A DNA stretch of 64,000 nt from Bugula neritina. Its lineage: Eukaryota; Animalia; Bryozoa. Shown here piece by piece: positions 39,401 to 54,342 of this stretch. The stretch covers positions 9,992,698-10,056,697 of the forward strand of contig OZ037765.1 in assembly GCA_964035545.1 (NCBI GenBank). The letters run 5' to 3'. The translations under genes were made by a program, and so were the position numbers. Under the pieces are notes generated by a model. That model was given only the letters and a program-made list of their open reading frames with translations. It had not been told where the DNA came from and did no database searches. Within the stretch, counting starts at the first letter, position 1. Every line of letters begins with the position of its first letter.

Positions 39401-41174
39401 TATTAATTAGAATGGCCAATATTTTATGCACACCTGTAGGGAAACTGGTGACTTCATCACTAAAATTTGCGGGAAAATTATACTGCATAGGGAATTATCT
39501 CTAACACTGTTTTCTCTTTTACATTACAAGGCTTTGATGTGGTAAATGGTAGATTAATTTCGCTTAGTTCAATAATGCTAAAGCCCAGTGGGAGCTCACG
39601 AACAGTAATTTTAGTTGCTGATAAAATTGATGGTTGCTATTGAGATATCACCTGCTGGTAGTAGCCTAAGCTGAATGCCATCAACAAGGTGTAACCTGCT
39701 ATACTAGCCTCACTCAGTTTACTTATATGTATTTCTAGTACTTGATTTTATTGCCGTTATATTTACAGCCAGACGATGTAGTTGATGTAGCAATAGAAAA
39801 GATCAACGCCAGATTAGAATCTTATCTGGGTATCAACGACAATGAGCTAGGTGGGTTCCTGTGGTCTTTCCACTTTTTGCCTGTTTGCTGATAGCTGCTA
39901 GTGTGAGTCTAGCATGGATAGATCAGGGTGTACATCACTACACTGTTTGTAAAAATCTCCATGTGTTGAGGGTTTTCATCACATTGTATTGTAGTTTACA
40001 TTAATATGTTACAATAGTAGTTGGCAGTCGAGAGGTTGAAAGGTCAATAATCAGAGCAGTTTGATGGCTCATTAAGTTTTAAATCTGTATTCAACATTGT
40101 AAATAAGTAGCTTAGGTCGATTCAGTTTCCATTAGTATAAATTGCTACCAACAACAGTTCATCTTTTTTGTTTTTAAGTTGATAATTACTGTCAATAAAG
40201 TTAACTAGCTGTTGCAATATGACGGTATATTTGAAGCAGACAATAATGATACTTGGTTGTATAGTTTTGTGCTTCCTCTGCTCTGCAAGGCTTTGAAGTG
40301 GAGATCAAACCTAGTAGGTTTTGCACATAGGTCAATCTGTTTTTGACTGTTTTCGAAAAAATCAAAATTTTCTTGTTGCCTCAAAGTCTGGAATACTCAT
40401 TATAGTTTATACTATTACTATGTTGTTCTCTGGCTATTGTCTTGGGAATTGTTGTTGAAGTATTTTTGTTTAATGGAAATTGGAAACTATGCAGTATATT
40501 ATCTAGCATATATTCCAGCTGTAGGGTCACTGTATTGTCTAACAGCAGTAAATTTCCCATAAACTCAACACTCTATCTTATATTTCACAGTATGCCTAAT
40601 GGTTTATTATATAAAGGTTTTCTCCACATTGCTAGGCAAATGGTATCGTTTGCTAATAAAGCTCTACATTTGTAGAGTGTTTAAAAGTTGTCTTCCCATC
40701 AAACATTTAGTTGATGCATTGTATTAACTCTGCTTTTGATGTTGTTTCATTAGAAAGCAGAAATTTTAAAGCTTTGCCCAAAAAAGTTCATATGATTATT
40801 ATGATCATAAAATGTATTTATATATACTACAGAATATAGTTATATATTATAAAATTTAGTTATATATATGTATATGTATATGTTATAAAATATTATTAAA
40901 TATATCATAAAATGTTGTATAATGTAGTTATGTTATAGAATATGGCTATAGATAAAATTTAATAATATATATTTATTAATACTGTTTAGCTCAAACGATA
41001 TGGGAGGTCGGTTCAAAGATGAAGAATCCCGTAGAATTTTCTGAAAACCTGCAACAAACAGAGTTGGCGATGTTTGGCTTTTCAGATGAGTTTATATTTG
41101 AGATTTGGGGCGACATTGGCGATGCTAAGAGTGGTCGAATGGTGAAGATCACACAATTTGATGAGCAGTTTTAG
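36447..41174 (+). CDS. GIPC1: PDZ domain-containing protein GIPC (GH1-PDZ-GH2), 5 coding exons
   Basis: Exons ~36447-36761, 36979-37348, 39118-39221, 39769-39850, 40990-41174. Motifs include [89 protein letters not shown] and [17 protein letters not shown]. This is the single invertebrate-type GIPC, so paralog numbering is nominal. Confidence 0.95.
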
Positions 41175-42648
41175 ACACAACAGCTTCAACATATTGTCTC
41201 TTATTTACCTGTTTTTATGGACATCCAAAAATCTCTGCTGTGACATTTAAATGATGTTTCGAGTCTGTGATGACTTCCAGATGCAAGAGTTTGTGGATAT
41301 TTTTCTTCATATATAGTGTTAGCAGTTCATTGTTATTACTATATATATGTTATAATAGCGATCCAGAGAAATCAATTTATATTAGAACTTGCAGCATTTA
41401 TCTCAGTTTACCAAAAAGTTAATTAATAGGACTGCAACAATCTGCATTTAAATATTGATTCAGTTTATTATGTGTGGAACTGATTTATTTTTAATATTTG
41501 CTACTAATTATTAGAAATGACTCTTATCTACTACCATTAAATAACCACAAATTAGCAAACTTTTTTTCTGAAAGAATGTTAATGCATTTCTGAATGTGTT
41601 TTTTTATTTGTATTGGGATGCTTGTAAAGAGAAAAGGTAATTCTGTCATAAAATGCAATTTCTGAGTGTGTCCTAAATATTATGTTATATTTTCTTACAA
41701 TCAAACACATTCCCCTTGTGCTCCTACAGCTGCAGATACTGTCACAAGTTTTTAATTTCGTTCTTGCAAATATTCTAATCATGTGTAGATTTGTATACGT
41801 CCTTTGCTTTTTTCAAGTTTCTAGCATTTTATAATGATTGTTACCCTATTGATTTCCTGGCGATGGTACAGGTTTGTAGGTTATTTATGTTTCATTTATG
41901 CACTATCGGTATAAATGCTTGTACTTCACAAAGTTAATTTTTCTACCATTCTGTTTTTTATATAAATTCAAGGGTACTAAAATGTACCTAAATTCATCAA
42001 TAAATTGAGAAATCTTTGTTACTCAGTTGATTTGTATTCTTTTCTTTATTGTATGCTAAGTTTTTAATTTATGCATTTATTTCAAATTTTCTGCATCTGC
42101 TACACCATCTCAAGTAAATATCATAAGAAATAGAGGACAACTCTTATAAGTGGTGTAGAAAGTTGTTGGTTGAGTGGACTAACGCTGTTTTTTTCATACC
42201 CTCTTTGTAGGTAAAATAACTTGGTACAGGTTGAAGTTATATTTCATAGAAAGTAGCCCATAAAGTTGATTTGGAGATAATTTTTTTTAATGTTAGGCTA
42301 CAAAATGCTAATAAATTAGTTCATCAATTTGACATTGAAAAGGTGGAAGAATCAATTCCTTAATTATAGAGCTGCAATAAACCTGATGTGTGGCAGCACG
42401 TTATTAAGTCTGTCAGCAGAAACAATTATTGGTTTTCAAGTAGTTCTAAATCAAAACTAAGCATATAATTACGTTCAACTTTGTCTTTCCAATTATATAC
42501 TAGAGACTAAAGAAAGATATGATGAAATGCAGCTATAAGCTGGTGATGCCAACTAGCTATTAAAATAAACTAGCTATTATAATAAACTGTTCTCAAGTGT
42601 TAAGTGATTGACAGTCATCAGTCAGAGTGGCAGTTTTAATTAAGTCTC

Positions 42649-42654
42649 TATAAA
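42649..42654 (+). promoter_or_regulatory. Candidate TATA box of the sulfotransferase gene
   Basis: TATAAA is followed ~70 nt later by a consensus donor (AAG|gtaagt at 42723), and an acceptor ends at 43007 just before ATG 43013. This is consistent with a short non-coding first exon. Confidence 0.45.
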
Positions 42655-43012
42655 TGCAGTTATGCTTCAACTCTGCCATCCACTTGCTGCAATTGGTCAA
42701 TACTGGTCAGCAACTTGGTAAGGTAAGTTGAAATTTAACTGAAATACTATTTTTGCATTTTTGTATAGTACAATTGATTAATTTAATTGAAACACAAACC
42801 AGGCTGGTTATTTTTATTTTTTAACCTTAAAACCATGCCAAATGGTCAAATATTCGCTTATTATTGCATCTCATATGCTTATAATAAAGTATCTAGCCAT
42901 TATTCTCTCTCATATACTCACAAAACCATGCATAGCTTGTTTGAAATGTTACACTTACATTGACTTGGTTTTATTGCACACCTCTAAGCACTTCTATTCT
43001 GCTTCAGCTACT

Positions 43013-46000
43013 ATGGCTGAAGGAGAGATTATAGATGGAGTTGAAGGAGAATGCAGCTTTGCTAAGGAAAAGGGATATAAAATGCTAGTGAACAATGCAG
43101 GGAAGTGTGTAGGACACGCAATAGAATACAACTCCCATCTCTACAGCTACTTTGGAGAGAACTTTGTTGACAGAATGGAAAGTAAAAAAGTTAACTTTCC
43201 AGTGTATGATGATGATATATACCTTCTTACATATCCAAAATCTGGTGAGAATTAACATAGTTACATTATTTTTAAATCTGTCGTGGCTTTAAACATATTT
43301 GGTAATTACTGAATGGTCCAATTTTAAAGCAATGCAATATGAAAAATGTTTTAGCTTATTTACCTAATACATCTAATAATTCTAACAAAACAGCAACTTA
43401 AACTAAACACATAATTGAGTGAATTACAGCTACCATGGGTACCTACCTGCCTGAAAAACATCTTGTAAAGTATATAAAGCATAAATTAAAGACAGGAGTA
43501 ACGTAAGCAATATATGAATTCATTAGTGGTTTTTATGAATGGTTTAGTTTATAATAAGTGAAAGGTTTAGCAATAAAACAGATATTAGATTTTCTACTAC
43601 TATTTAAGCTACATGTTGTATGCTAACTAAATTTTATACTATGTCCAAAATATTTACAATAAATTACACAATTATCTATATTTCATTTATTTAAAAATTG
43701 TTATTTTCAAAGAACCAACCCACGCAAAACTACAGATGGGAAACATTTTGTAAAAGCAATACTATAAATGTGAACTTGCAGTATCATATAGGTTAAAAGT
43801 GAAAACAGGCTATTTCTATCAACTTTATACACATTTTTTCATAATATTATGTGTATAGGCTAACTCGATTTTTGCTAAAAAGTTGTTATTATTAAAAACA
43901 GAATAATCTATATATTTGCATTACTAGTATGTATAACTGCATGTAAAACAAGCAACAGTGAAGACCAATGCAGAATTGTGAGTGGTAACGAATTGTGATA
44001 CTTTTTAATAGGCTACTCATGTGCTTTAACTGTTCGATATGCACTACAATGTTCTTATTTAGTTTACACACATAGTTAAAACAAAGAATAGCTAGCAATA
44101 ATGTTTTAAAGTCGTCACTACTCACAAAGTTAACTAATCTTATAGCCACTTGTATTTTTTTATTCTAAAGGATAGAATTAGTCAATATAAAAACAAAAAG
44201 AAGTGTTGCAAAATAGGATATTATAATATATTGAGCTGAGGCACGTTCTCAAAATTGAAAAACCTGGTTATCACCACGTAAAGTTGAGCGTAAAAAAATA
44301 CAATAAGAAATTCAAAAATCCAACCACTGCAAACGGTTTTGCTGTTTACATTTCACATTCAGTGTTTTTATAGTTATGCTAGGAACTACCTAAACCATTT
44401 TGTGAGCATATGGGAGAGAATAATATATGAATTTTTGACCATTTAAGGCACTCCATAAATAACAACTACTAAATAGTGCTGGCTATAGACATACCTTTGT
44501 ATCATATGCACCTATAATAGGAGATAAATCAATTATCTGTTTAAATAATAGCATGAATAATAAATTTTTGCATTTATTCTCTCTCAACTACGCCACTTTT
44601 TTATTTTGCCACAAGAGGATTTTTTGTTTCAGATTTTGACAAGTAGGAAGTTTCATTGTCAGAATTAAAACAAGTAGTCTATCAAACCAAACAAGATCAA
44701 GTCTAAAATATAGATAAAAATTACAAAAGAAATTTTTTTTAGTTATGCACTTTGTCAAAATACCCCATACACACTTGCAGTTTTAAAGTATCAGACAAAG
44801 TTGTTTCAAAAGTTTAGAAACTAAAGTTGAGTAAAACTCTACATTCCTGAACCTGACAGACCAAATGAGAGCTTCAAAATATTATGTGTAACAAAGTAAC
44901 ACTTTCATTTTTATAATATTACAATTTAAAGTTTAACTTTATTATATGTTATTATAGTTATGTAATAAGTATTGGTGGTCTAGTGGCTTAGTAAACACAA
45001 AGTCAGTGGTTCCACCAACAGTAAAGGCCATAGGTAATGTTAGGAAGAGCATCCAATCATAATTGCTCCTGTGCCACAATTGAAAACAAGTCTTTTGCTG
45101 CTTAAAAACACCTTTCCACCAAGGGTTCTCACAGGGATGATGACTATAAACTTAAGTGAGTTTTATTAAGTAGTAAATTTAATTCTACCTATATAATAAT
45201 ATATGCTCTTGTTATGTGAGCTTTCAGTTTCATTATATTGTACTATACTATTCATGTCATGATGCAATGCTCTGTCACGACATCACTCTTGCTGTCATGT
45301 GTCAGGAACTCATTGGCTATGGGAGATACTAATGATGATGACCAGAGGTTCAGCAGAAGTAAGAGAGGAGCACAAACATGACTCCATGCTGGAACTGCTC
45401 GAAGATGACTTGACTCAACCTCTGAAAAGAGATGGCAGGAGAATTCTCAACACCCACCTTGTCTACGATGACATGCCACCTGCAATGCTCTCCAATACCA
45501 GGCACTCGGCTTAAACTCAACATACACTACTTTTACAAAACAGACGTTTCTATACTTTAGATGAGTGCAGAATTATTTATCTTTTAAAGATATATTGTTA
45601 TAAATTTATTGACAATTTAGGATTTATACAATATAAAATAGTAAGTGTATAATGATATTCTAGAATGCAATATTATAATAAATGCTTTTTACTTTTTATC
45701 TGTGGTTATTATATTATAGTAACTTTGTCACAGAAATTTATATCTCATGAGGGAAACTGTAGCTGATAGTTGGTGCATGTTTGTGTGCGTGTTTGTGTGC
45801 ATGTTTGTGCGCGTGTTAGGGGTTCTTTCATCGGCCAAGTATTCCTTTACAAATTTTCAACATGATTTGAGTTTGCATGCATGTTGGACATATACAAGAC
45901 ATTTCATTGTTATAAACATAATAGTATGTTATAATGGAAAGTAGATAAAATCAATTTAAGTCATTTATTACTAAAAAAATATATAAATTTGATAATATTA

Positions 46001-49000
46001 TATATTGAAGAATAATTTCTTTGCATTTGTAGTGCCAAATTTATACAAATACACAGAAATCCAGCAGATGTAGCTGTGTCATTTTTTCACCATTTGCAGA
46101 AGGAAACCAACTTATCGATCTGCTGCAACTGGGAGGAGTTCATTCAAGTGTTCTGTGATGATAAGCTGAGTATGTGTGGCTCAAGATTTTGTGTTGTGCA
46201 TTACACTAATATGTGCGCATATACTATGACAGTAATACATGTGTATATGGCATTAATATGTGTGTAAGTTATTACACTAATAATTATATGTTTGCATATT
46301 ACAGCAATATGTGTATAATATATTAAAATAATGATGGCAGATACTTTAAAGTAATGTGTATATTACACTATAATAGCACTACATATAACCGCAGTTGCAG
46401 GTATATAAAAGTTTCTGTTATTATAATACCATTACAGAAGTTAAGGTGTACGTGTGTACATTGTATTATATATAGCTAATAATACAACAAAATAAAATAG
46501 CTTAGTACAACTAAAACACTATACAACAATTTTTTTGAGAAACTATTTAAGTGGCTAACCGGTCACAAAGCACTAAAAGAAAAAGTTGATTTAACATTTT
46601 TACTTTGTCTGAACATTGTCTAGCTAAAGGTCTACATGTAGATAGCAAAGATAAGCTTGCTGAGTGAAGTTAGCCAGCCTTGATGAAATTATTGCATTGT
46701 AATCATGTATTATTTAAAATATAGATGAAAGTCATATGTATAAAAATACTGTCTGAAAGAGTCCATGCTCACAATTAAATTATTACACTTTTATTTATAT
46801 GCATCTTTTCTAAATATCCAATACTCAAATTCAACTAGACGTATGTTTTACAGTGATACACTCTACGTGGTTCAACTATACCTCTCAGTGGTGGCCTTCT
46901 AACCAACAGCCTAATTTCTTGTTGATCTTTTATGAAGATTTAAAAGAGGTAATGCTCTATATCCTCCTTTTAGATACATGCACTGGTTTACATATGCATT
47001 AGCTAGAGTGAACATTTCTCTTGTAGAAAATGCTTTATATGTAGCACAACTCCAATAGCCTGCAACAGTTGTACATTTAATAATACAGCAAGTGCCATTC
47101 TTCACTCTAATTATGGTATTACTGTGGGTTGTGGTAATAACTAGAGAGTTATCTTCTCTATTTTCTTGTTCATACAATATTATTTTTGTTATTATTGTAT
47201 AAGTCATTGCTATATTTAGACTATGAATAGGTAGCGAGTGATATAATGTAACTCTCTGTTGGATTCAAACAGCTTTAGCATAGTAATATACAAGCGAATA
47301 GAGGTTATATAGCTATTACACATAGGGCTAAACTCCTCTTTAGATTTTGGCTACAATTGTGTAATACAGCATAACATAATATATAATATCAATATAATAA
47401 TATATAATATCAATATATTAATATATAATATCAATATAATAATATATAATATCAACATAACATTCTGTAAATTACCTTCAAGTAAGCTGTTGTGTGTCTA
47501 ACTCTCATGTATAAATGTGTTAAATACTAATTATTGAACAATAAGTGCTTTTCAGATAACTCTTAGCATATCATAGTGTCATGAGCAAGTACATACTCAT
47601 ATAATTATGTACTATGTAGTTATTAAAAAAATGCTATATACATATTGTATATAAATTATAAATGATATATTATGAAACATCATTTAAAAAGTTGATTAAT
47701 GGTAATTCTCTTCACTATTTCACCAAAGCATATATGAATAGCACATATATAACAGTTACAGCAACAGTTCTGTAAATACTTTTTGCGTTATATGTGTATA
47801 TATTATTATCAGGGTAATACACGTGTAGCATATATTACACTAATATGGGTGTGTAATACACAGTCTAACCTGTATATTGTTTGAGCTAAGAGATATCCTA
47901 AACCTGCCTAGTTTCTGCAATTTTGGTATCTTATTAGTCTCTAAAAGCCTATTCTTGTGTAAATATGCTGCTACATAGGTTTTGAAAACTGTAAACTATT
48001 TTTTTTATTTATTACACATCCTGCGGAAATTATAACTTTTTTGCAAAAAAGAATAACATGCAGCATGTATTCATGTACTACACTGTAATTTTACAACACA
48101 TGGTTGCATGATATAAAATTAATTGTACAATTTTTTTCGTTTTATTTTATAATAATAATTATTATTAGTATTTGCAGTGTTTACATAACACTGTAAACAG
48201 ATTTTATTTTCTAATAATGATTACAATTGTGACTGTTACCAATAATTGTATATACATAATTCAGATGTGAGTAGATTACATTGTACAAATACCTAAATAT
48301 ACTTATGAATTCCAGAAGCCCATGGATGTGATCAGTGAGATAGCAAAGTTTATAGATGTAGATGCAAGCAGTGACTTCCTGCAGAGTATAGCGCAGAACA
48401 CATCCTTCAACAACATGAAAGCTGTTAAGAGAGAGAAGGAGCATGAAGCTCTTGCTGACCATTTTGTTGATGGGTATTCAATGTATAGGAAAGGTTTGAA
48501 TCAAAACAATAAGAAGCAGAAAGTCCCTAAGCTTATAAATTTTTTGCATGAAGAGCATTATATATTGATAAATGATATATAAATAGAACATAAGATCAAT
48601 TTAATTTATAATAATTAGGGATAGAAAAGTTTACTGCTGGAAAAGTAGTTAGAAAATTTGAAATTGCTAAAATCAATGGGTATGCAATTCCAAACCAAAC
48701 AATACTTATTTCTTGATGGCACAGCCTTTAGCATTAAGCTTCTTCAACATACAATTGTATTACAAAAGGCTTATATACTGTAAACATTACTTCTCTTCAA
48801 AAAGTATAATCATGGCTTCAGATAGAATAAAATTGATTTTCAATGACCTATTTTGGGAGTTATCTTTCCTTTTAGCTGTAATTCAAATAGTTTTCAAATA
48901 CTTTCTTATGATGCAAATTAGGGTTGAGCAATGCCTGTTATATAAATACATCAGCTAATGATAATTCTGATTACAGGTATAGTCGGTGACTGGAGAAACC

Positions 49001-49107
49001 AATTCACTGAAGAGCAGCACAGAGTTTTTCTTTCTTATTTCAACCAGAAGCTTCTTGATTTCCCAGAACTGAGAGCTAAATATTTACCTTACATAGCCAA
49101 TTACTAG
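43013..49107 (+). CDS. Cytosolic sulfotransferase (SULT family), 6 coding exons
   Basis: Exons ~43013-43244, 45306-45501, 46033-46169, 46854-46948, 48316-48493, 48977-49107. Motifs: 5'PSB TYPKSGTHW, catalytic-His region ILNTHL, 3'PB RNPADVAVSFFH, FYEDLKE and RKGIVGDWRNQFT. Confidence 0.9.
44971..45153 (+). mobile_element. SINE copy 1 (degraded tRNA-derived head)
   Basis: Shares aaaggcca-t(a/t)ggt(a/g)atgttaggaagagcatcca(a/g)tcataattgctcctgt and ggttctcacagggat..tgactataaactt with 59787-59990. Confidence 0.75.
47371..47460. repeat. AT-rich ~18-20-bp tandem repeat (ataatatataatatcaat)
   Basis: About four copies are visible. Confidence 0.7.
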
Positions 49108-50220
49108 GATCTTGATTATGTTGTTTTGCATGTCATCAATTGTGATATTGCGTCTGTACATAAAAAATTATAATTGCTTAAATATATTAAAGCAAATTTC
49201 TAGCTAGCAGTCTACAACTTTTTATATGATACTACTTTGTTTGTAAAATTGTCATTGAGCTGTTCTAGTTTATTATAAGATCAAAATATATAGAGGGCCA
49301 CACTAAAGTGTTTATTTTCTATGGTAGGTATTTCAGTAAAACAGTTTTAGAGGTCAAATATTTCTTTTTGTTTAATGTCATTTTGTGAGATAGTATTGTT
49401 GGCAATGTAAGCATATAATATAATAAAACCATTACTTAAAATGACATATAAATAATATCTTTATGAGATTGTAACATTAATAATTATTACTTATTGTCCT
49501 GAGAAGAAAATTTATTACAAAAACTTATTTTGTAATAACTCAATCAATATTGTATTTGCTGCAAATTTCAATATAATTTAAAATAGTGCATAATAGGTTT
49601 CTAATTACAATACTCTACTCAATAAACAGAAAATGTATAATTGTTTTCCAGCTTGAATCAATAGATTTGAAATATGATATAAGTATAACAACAAGCTATG
49701 ATTCCTGCTTTATGCTCACTATCTTAGTAGATAACTATTAATCAATGCTTTTGTTTGCTAGACAATTTACTATGTAGTATGACTACATTATTGAGAGAGG
49801 ATTACTTGCTATCACTGGTGACGAATTCACAGTAGATATTGAAAACTGCAAAGCACTTTGTTATATCATGGCTTCAAAAATAGCACAAACTAGATATAAA
49901 AAACAGTCTATGAATCTTTGATAAAATCCTAATTAATATTAAGAATTTTTGCCATTAGCTTTATATGTTTTTTTTTCAACTTTTATGAGTCTAAAATTAT
50001 ACAGGCATATACTCGGAGCTTCGTGTAGGGTTGTGTACAAAATGTCGAAGGAAAGCAGAAGACATTTAAACACTAACGTACCACAAGAGATCTAGCAGTC
50101 CCAAGCTGCAAAATGGTTCTTTCATTTAGTGCATATGTTGATAAGCTTCATTTAGCATCCAAAAATTTTAAAGAATATTGCGATCCTTTCATATGACACC
50201 CAAAAATATGTCTCAAAACG

Positions 50221-50245
50221 GCCAATGTTACCCCGTTTTACGGTA
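50221..50245 (-). mobile_element. Possible solitary Tc1/mariner(pogo)-type terminal inverted repeat
   Basis: The reverse complement reads TACCGTAAAACGGGGTAACATTGGC, resembling TA-flanked DNA transposon ends. No partner end was located. Confidence 0.3.
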
Positions 50246-50440
50246 ATGTAATATTAGTGTTTCGTTTATGCAGCGTGCAATAAATAATTTAAGATACCCT
50301 ACAAAAGTGATACTAGATTTTCTCTCTTTACATATAATTACATACAACATCTATTTGGTACTTTGTTAATCAATTTACTGTATTGGTTAGTGGCATTGAT
50401 TGCTGTCAAAGCATGAGCAGTTGAACGCTGTCTAACAAGC

Positions 50441-53400
50441 ATGGCGGTAATAAACTGTCAGACCAGCTTCATTGCTTATAATTTATTTTTAACTTTTTAT
50501 TCAATATTATCAGCCATTCTAGAAGAGATAATAAAATCACATTTAGTCACCGATTTCTATAATACAGATCATCAGCTAGGATTTCTAAAAGCTGATGTGT
50601 TTTGGACTATAAGCAAACTACCAGCTCTGGTGCCTGCAGTCACAGCGCTATTTATTTTGAATGCTCAAACTTATAAGGTAGGTTTACCAACTTTGATTTA
50701 TATAAAATATTTTGATATGTTAATGAAGTAACTATTAGCTTGTTGATTAGTATATACATTTCAAATCCTTTTTATAAAACATTTTTGAGTTTATAATCAA
50801 AGAAAAAAGCAATTGTCAAATGGCAAGTTTGTTCACTGCATTATATAAGCAAATATTTGGTAGATAGATGCTGCTGTTTATCAGATTTTCATTGATGCAA
50901 CATTTTGAATAAAATGTTATATTTTAGTCTTGTGGTTTTAACAATATATTACATGGGATGCAAGTTATAATATATTTTAATATAATGTGTTCATGCACGC
51001 ATCTTTTTACTTTGAAGCACGCATACAGAATTCCCATACTTGGTCTATTAGTCACTTCTCTGGCATGCCTCTCGTCTATCAACAGTCAAGACAACAACTT
51101 GACCTCATATTATGTTGCTGCTGTAGCATATGGGTTAAGTGGCAGCAAGTACCTTGTACTACTTGGCAGTATATACCACGTCTCCATTAGCTCAGGTACT
51201 ACTTGCACTGTCCTATTGCATTGATTACACATATTTGACTCTAGTATTTGTTTTAACTTTGTAAGTTAAGTTTATAAAAAGTAATTAAGTCCATTCTGCA
51301 ATCAATCAATTAAGAAATTGCTCCAAATTTGCTAAAACGTGTATTGAGGGCTTTGCTTAGTGCAAAAACTGCACTAAGATCAATTAATGTTAATATATTT
51401 GCTATAGAAAGCATACTTGCAAATAATCTATATTCTATACATTAAAAATTTCTTAAGTCTACTTTACTTTTCACTTTTCTACACTTTATTGTATGTTACT
51501 GCATGTAGTTTGTGTTTCTTTCAATCTAACAGGAAAAGTAATTTCAATAGCCACATTATGTCATACTTGTTATGTCCTCCTTTGATGAAAAACTAGTATG
51601 GTTAGTAAATAATTAGCTCACGAGAATCTAAAGCACACCAATTACCAACAACTAATGAGGTTATTGATGGAGCATAAACTGATTAGCCATTATTTAGATT
51701 CTAGAACAAATGCCTTTCTCACTTACTTATAACCTTAAAATAAGTTAAACATTTTTGTTTCCATATTAAAATAATTACAGTTTTTATATTTCAATTGAGT
51801 ATTTTTAAATCCGGACAAGACAATCAACCCGATTTATTTTGTTATAATATGTAATTATTTATTATAGGTACGTTTTAATGTAATGTGTGTAGAACTTTCT
51901 TATGTAGATTGTAGAGATTTGAGTCAGAACATTGGAAGAATGCTTGCTGCCTTAATGGTTGGGGAAGGAGTCAGCTATGCCTTGCTAAAACTAGCCATCG
52001 AATATCCCAATCAAACTCTAATAGCAGTGGGAATAATTAGTGTTGTAACTTTAATTGCCTCATGCATGTTTATTGAAAATAAAAAAGGTTGGTGGGAAAG
52101 TTTTTATGCTAAAATAATTTATCCACTTAATTTTTATTTACCCAAGTGTAAAATTTCTCATCATAAAAAGTTAGGGAAACACAACACACAAATGCAGTTA
52201 TACTAAAGTATTTCTAGCATATCTTTTTTAAATGCAGATGTTAACAAGCTATGGCTGGCTGATTTATTGTTCTGAACTTCAAAAACTATTTAAGCTATTT
52301 TTCGATTCGTACCATTCATTTTAAAGACTTACAGCTGTGACTAAAACTGCAAACTAGACTACATGGATTTTGTTTAACTACTTATCATTACAACAGTTCC
52401 CTACGACATGTTGATAAAACTGCACTGGTATTATAATATATTGCAAATTTTTAGACAAAAAACTATTTTAATTTTCTACCCATGGCTAATATTTATAACA
52501 AATATTTCAGAAGGATTTTATAGCAATGATGCAACTAAGGCTACACAGATCTACACTCCAAAAGAAATAATCTACCTTGCTGTCGGGGTAGGATCCCTGG
52601 CTATATACATGACTAGCAGAGAGTGTGAATTCACTGCTTTGGATATCTTGTTGGTGGATACAGAGGTACTAGGCTGGTCAGATGAAAGAGTCAGGATATA
52701 TAAGATGTCGATTCTGATGTGTAAAGGTAACAACCTTTTTATCTTTCAACTTGCTATCAGAAAGTTCAACACTGTTAGTAACAGAAAAGCTTCAAAAGCC
52801 CAAGTTCTTAAATTTTCTTTATAAATTTTAGTTTGGTGGGGGCAGGTGGAAATTTTTGAGATAGCGTGAATTCTTTGTTACCTATTTATATAGAACATAG
52901 CTTTTCCTAATTTTTCTATTACTGCACCCACTTCACTTTTAGGTTTTAGAACCTAATTCTTGCTAAGTGAGTTACTAACTACATTACCAATTGTTTTATT
53001 TAATATTTATCTACTTGGCAGTTAAAAACAAAAATTAAGGTTATATTGCACTGTTCTATAGAAGAAACTATAAATAAGCAATAAACTATTTTTTTTGCTA
53101 ATCAACTCAGCTTCAAGGACTTGAGGCTGAAGTTTTAGAGCTGCCATTTTAGAGTTAGAGCTAGCAATATTCTACTTGACATAAGTTATTTATCTTTGTA
53201 TGATCTATAACCCACTTACATACAGCTGCACTTGCATAAGATATTTATTGATTTATTTTAGCAATAGGAAATATAGTGCTGATGCCAATCTTAGTGAAGC
53301 AATTACAGTTAACCGAGTTGACAGTCATGATGGCCACTTTAGGTTTCAAAGTTATATCCCTGGTATTGACCGGTTTCTCAATGGAATCTTGGATGGTTTA

Positions 53401-53821
53401 CGTCAATCTGCCGTTAGAATTTATGATTGGCATAGGAACATGCTGTATGTTCACGCTAATAATAAAGTTATCAGATTCAACAAGTATTCCAAAGGTTCTT
53501 TCCGCTACTACGATAACGTGGATAATTGGTGAAGTGATAGGAGAAATCATGACCAACACTACCATGTCAAAACTCAACGTCATATTCAGGGGTTCTACGT
53601 TTTTAGTACTGGCGGTTGTGATGGTGATTTTGTTTAGCTTGTTGCTATGGTTATCCATAGACCTTAGGGCTCACCAACATAAAATTCTGTTAGATAATGT
53701 GAAGTTGACAGACGCTGAAGATGAGGAACTGGAAATCGAGGCAGAGCAATGGCTTCTAAATGCATACGGAAAAGAGAGTGGCAGTTCCGATAACGAAGAT
53801 GTGAATCAAGATATAATTTAG
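50441..53821 (+). CDS. Major facilitator superfamily transporter, SLC46 (PCFT/heme carrier)-like, divergent; ~5 exons
   Basis: Exons ~50441-50677, 51018-51195, 51893-52087, 52511-52726, 53263-53821 encode many hydrophobic helices. The C-terminal half (KLSDSTSIPKVLSA...IFRGSTFLVLAV) and the EVLGWS loop resemble SLC46 proteins. The tail is acidic. Internal junctions are less certain. Confidence 0.6.
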
Positions 53822-54342
53822 ATTTATAGCTTTATATCTGCTCAGATGTAATAATGTTACTATTCCATCATACGAAACTAACCTTGTGTACCAATACTTC
53901 GGATAGTGTAATAAAAATAGGATAATTAACTACTATTTTTATATTAACCAGAATATTTTGTTAACAATTTTGCTTCTCATCTGTGAACAGTCAAGAGTTC
54001 TAAGACCTGTAACTGACTGGAATCAGTCTTTCAGTGCGAGACAGCTGATATGATTAAATTGCAAAGAATGATATACGATTATTAGTAATTCTACTCACAT
54101 GCTTATAAATAAAATCCAGTACTTTCTTACTTACTTGCTTAAATACATTTATCTTTGTCAACAATCTCAATGCACTAAACTAGTAAAAACAGTTTAAAAA
54201 TAAAAGTAATGCAATATTTTAGTTATTAAAAATATATAATATATTTTATGCAATAAATTTGTACAATATAAAAATGATTAATGCATACCACAAGTTATGT
54301 GCATACATACATAGATTATGTACATTGTTTAAAACTATTGGT

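Noticed and set aside
53200-53658. Alternative-frame and antisense ORFs over the transporter's last exon
   Set aside because: They are shadows of the real hydrophobic frame (53276-53821).
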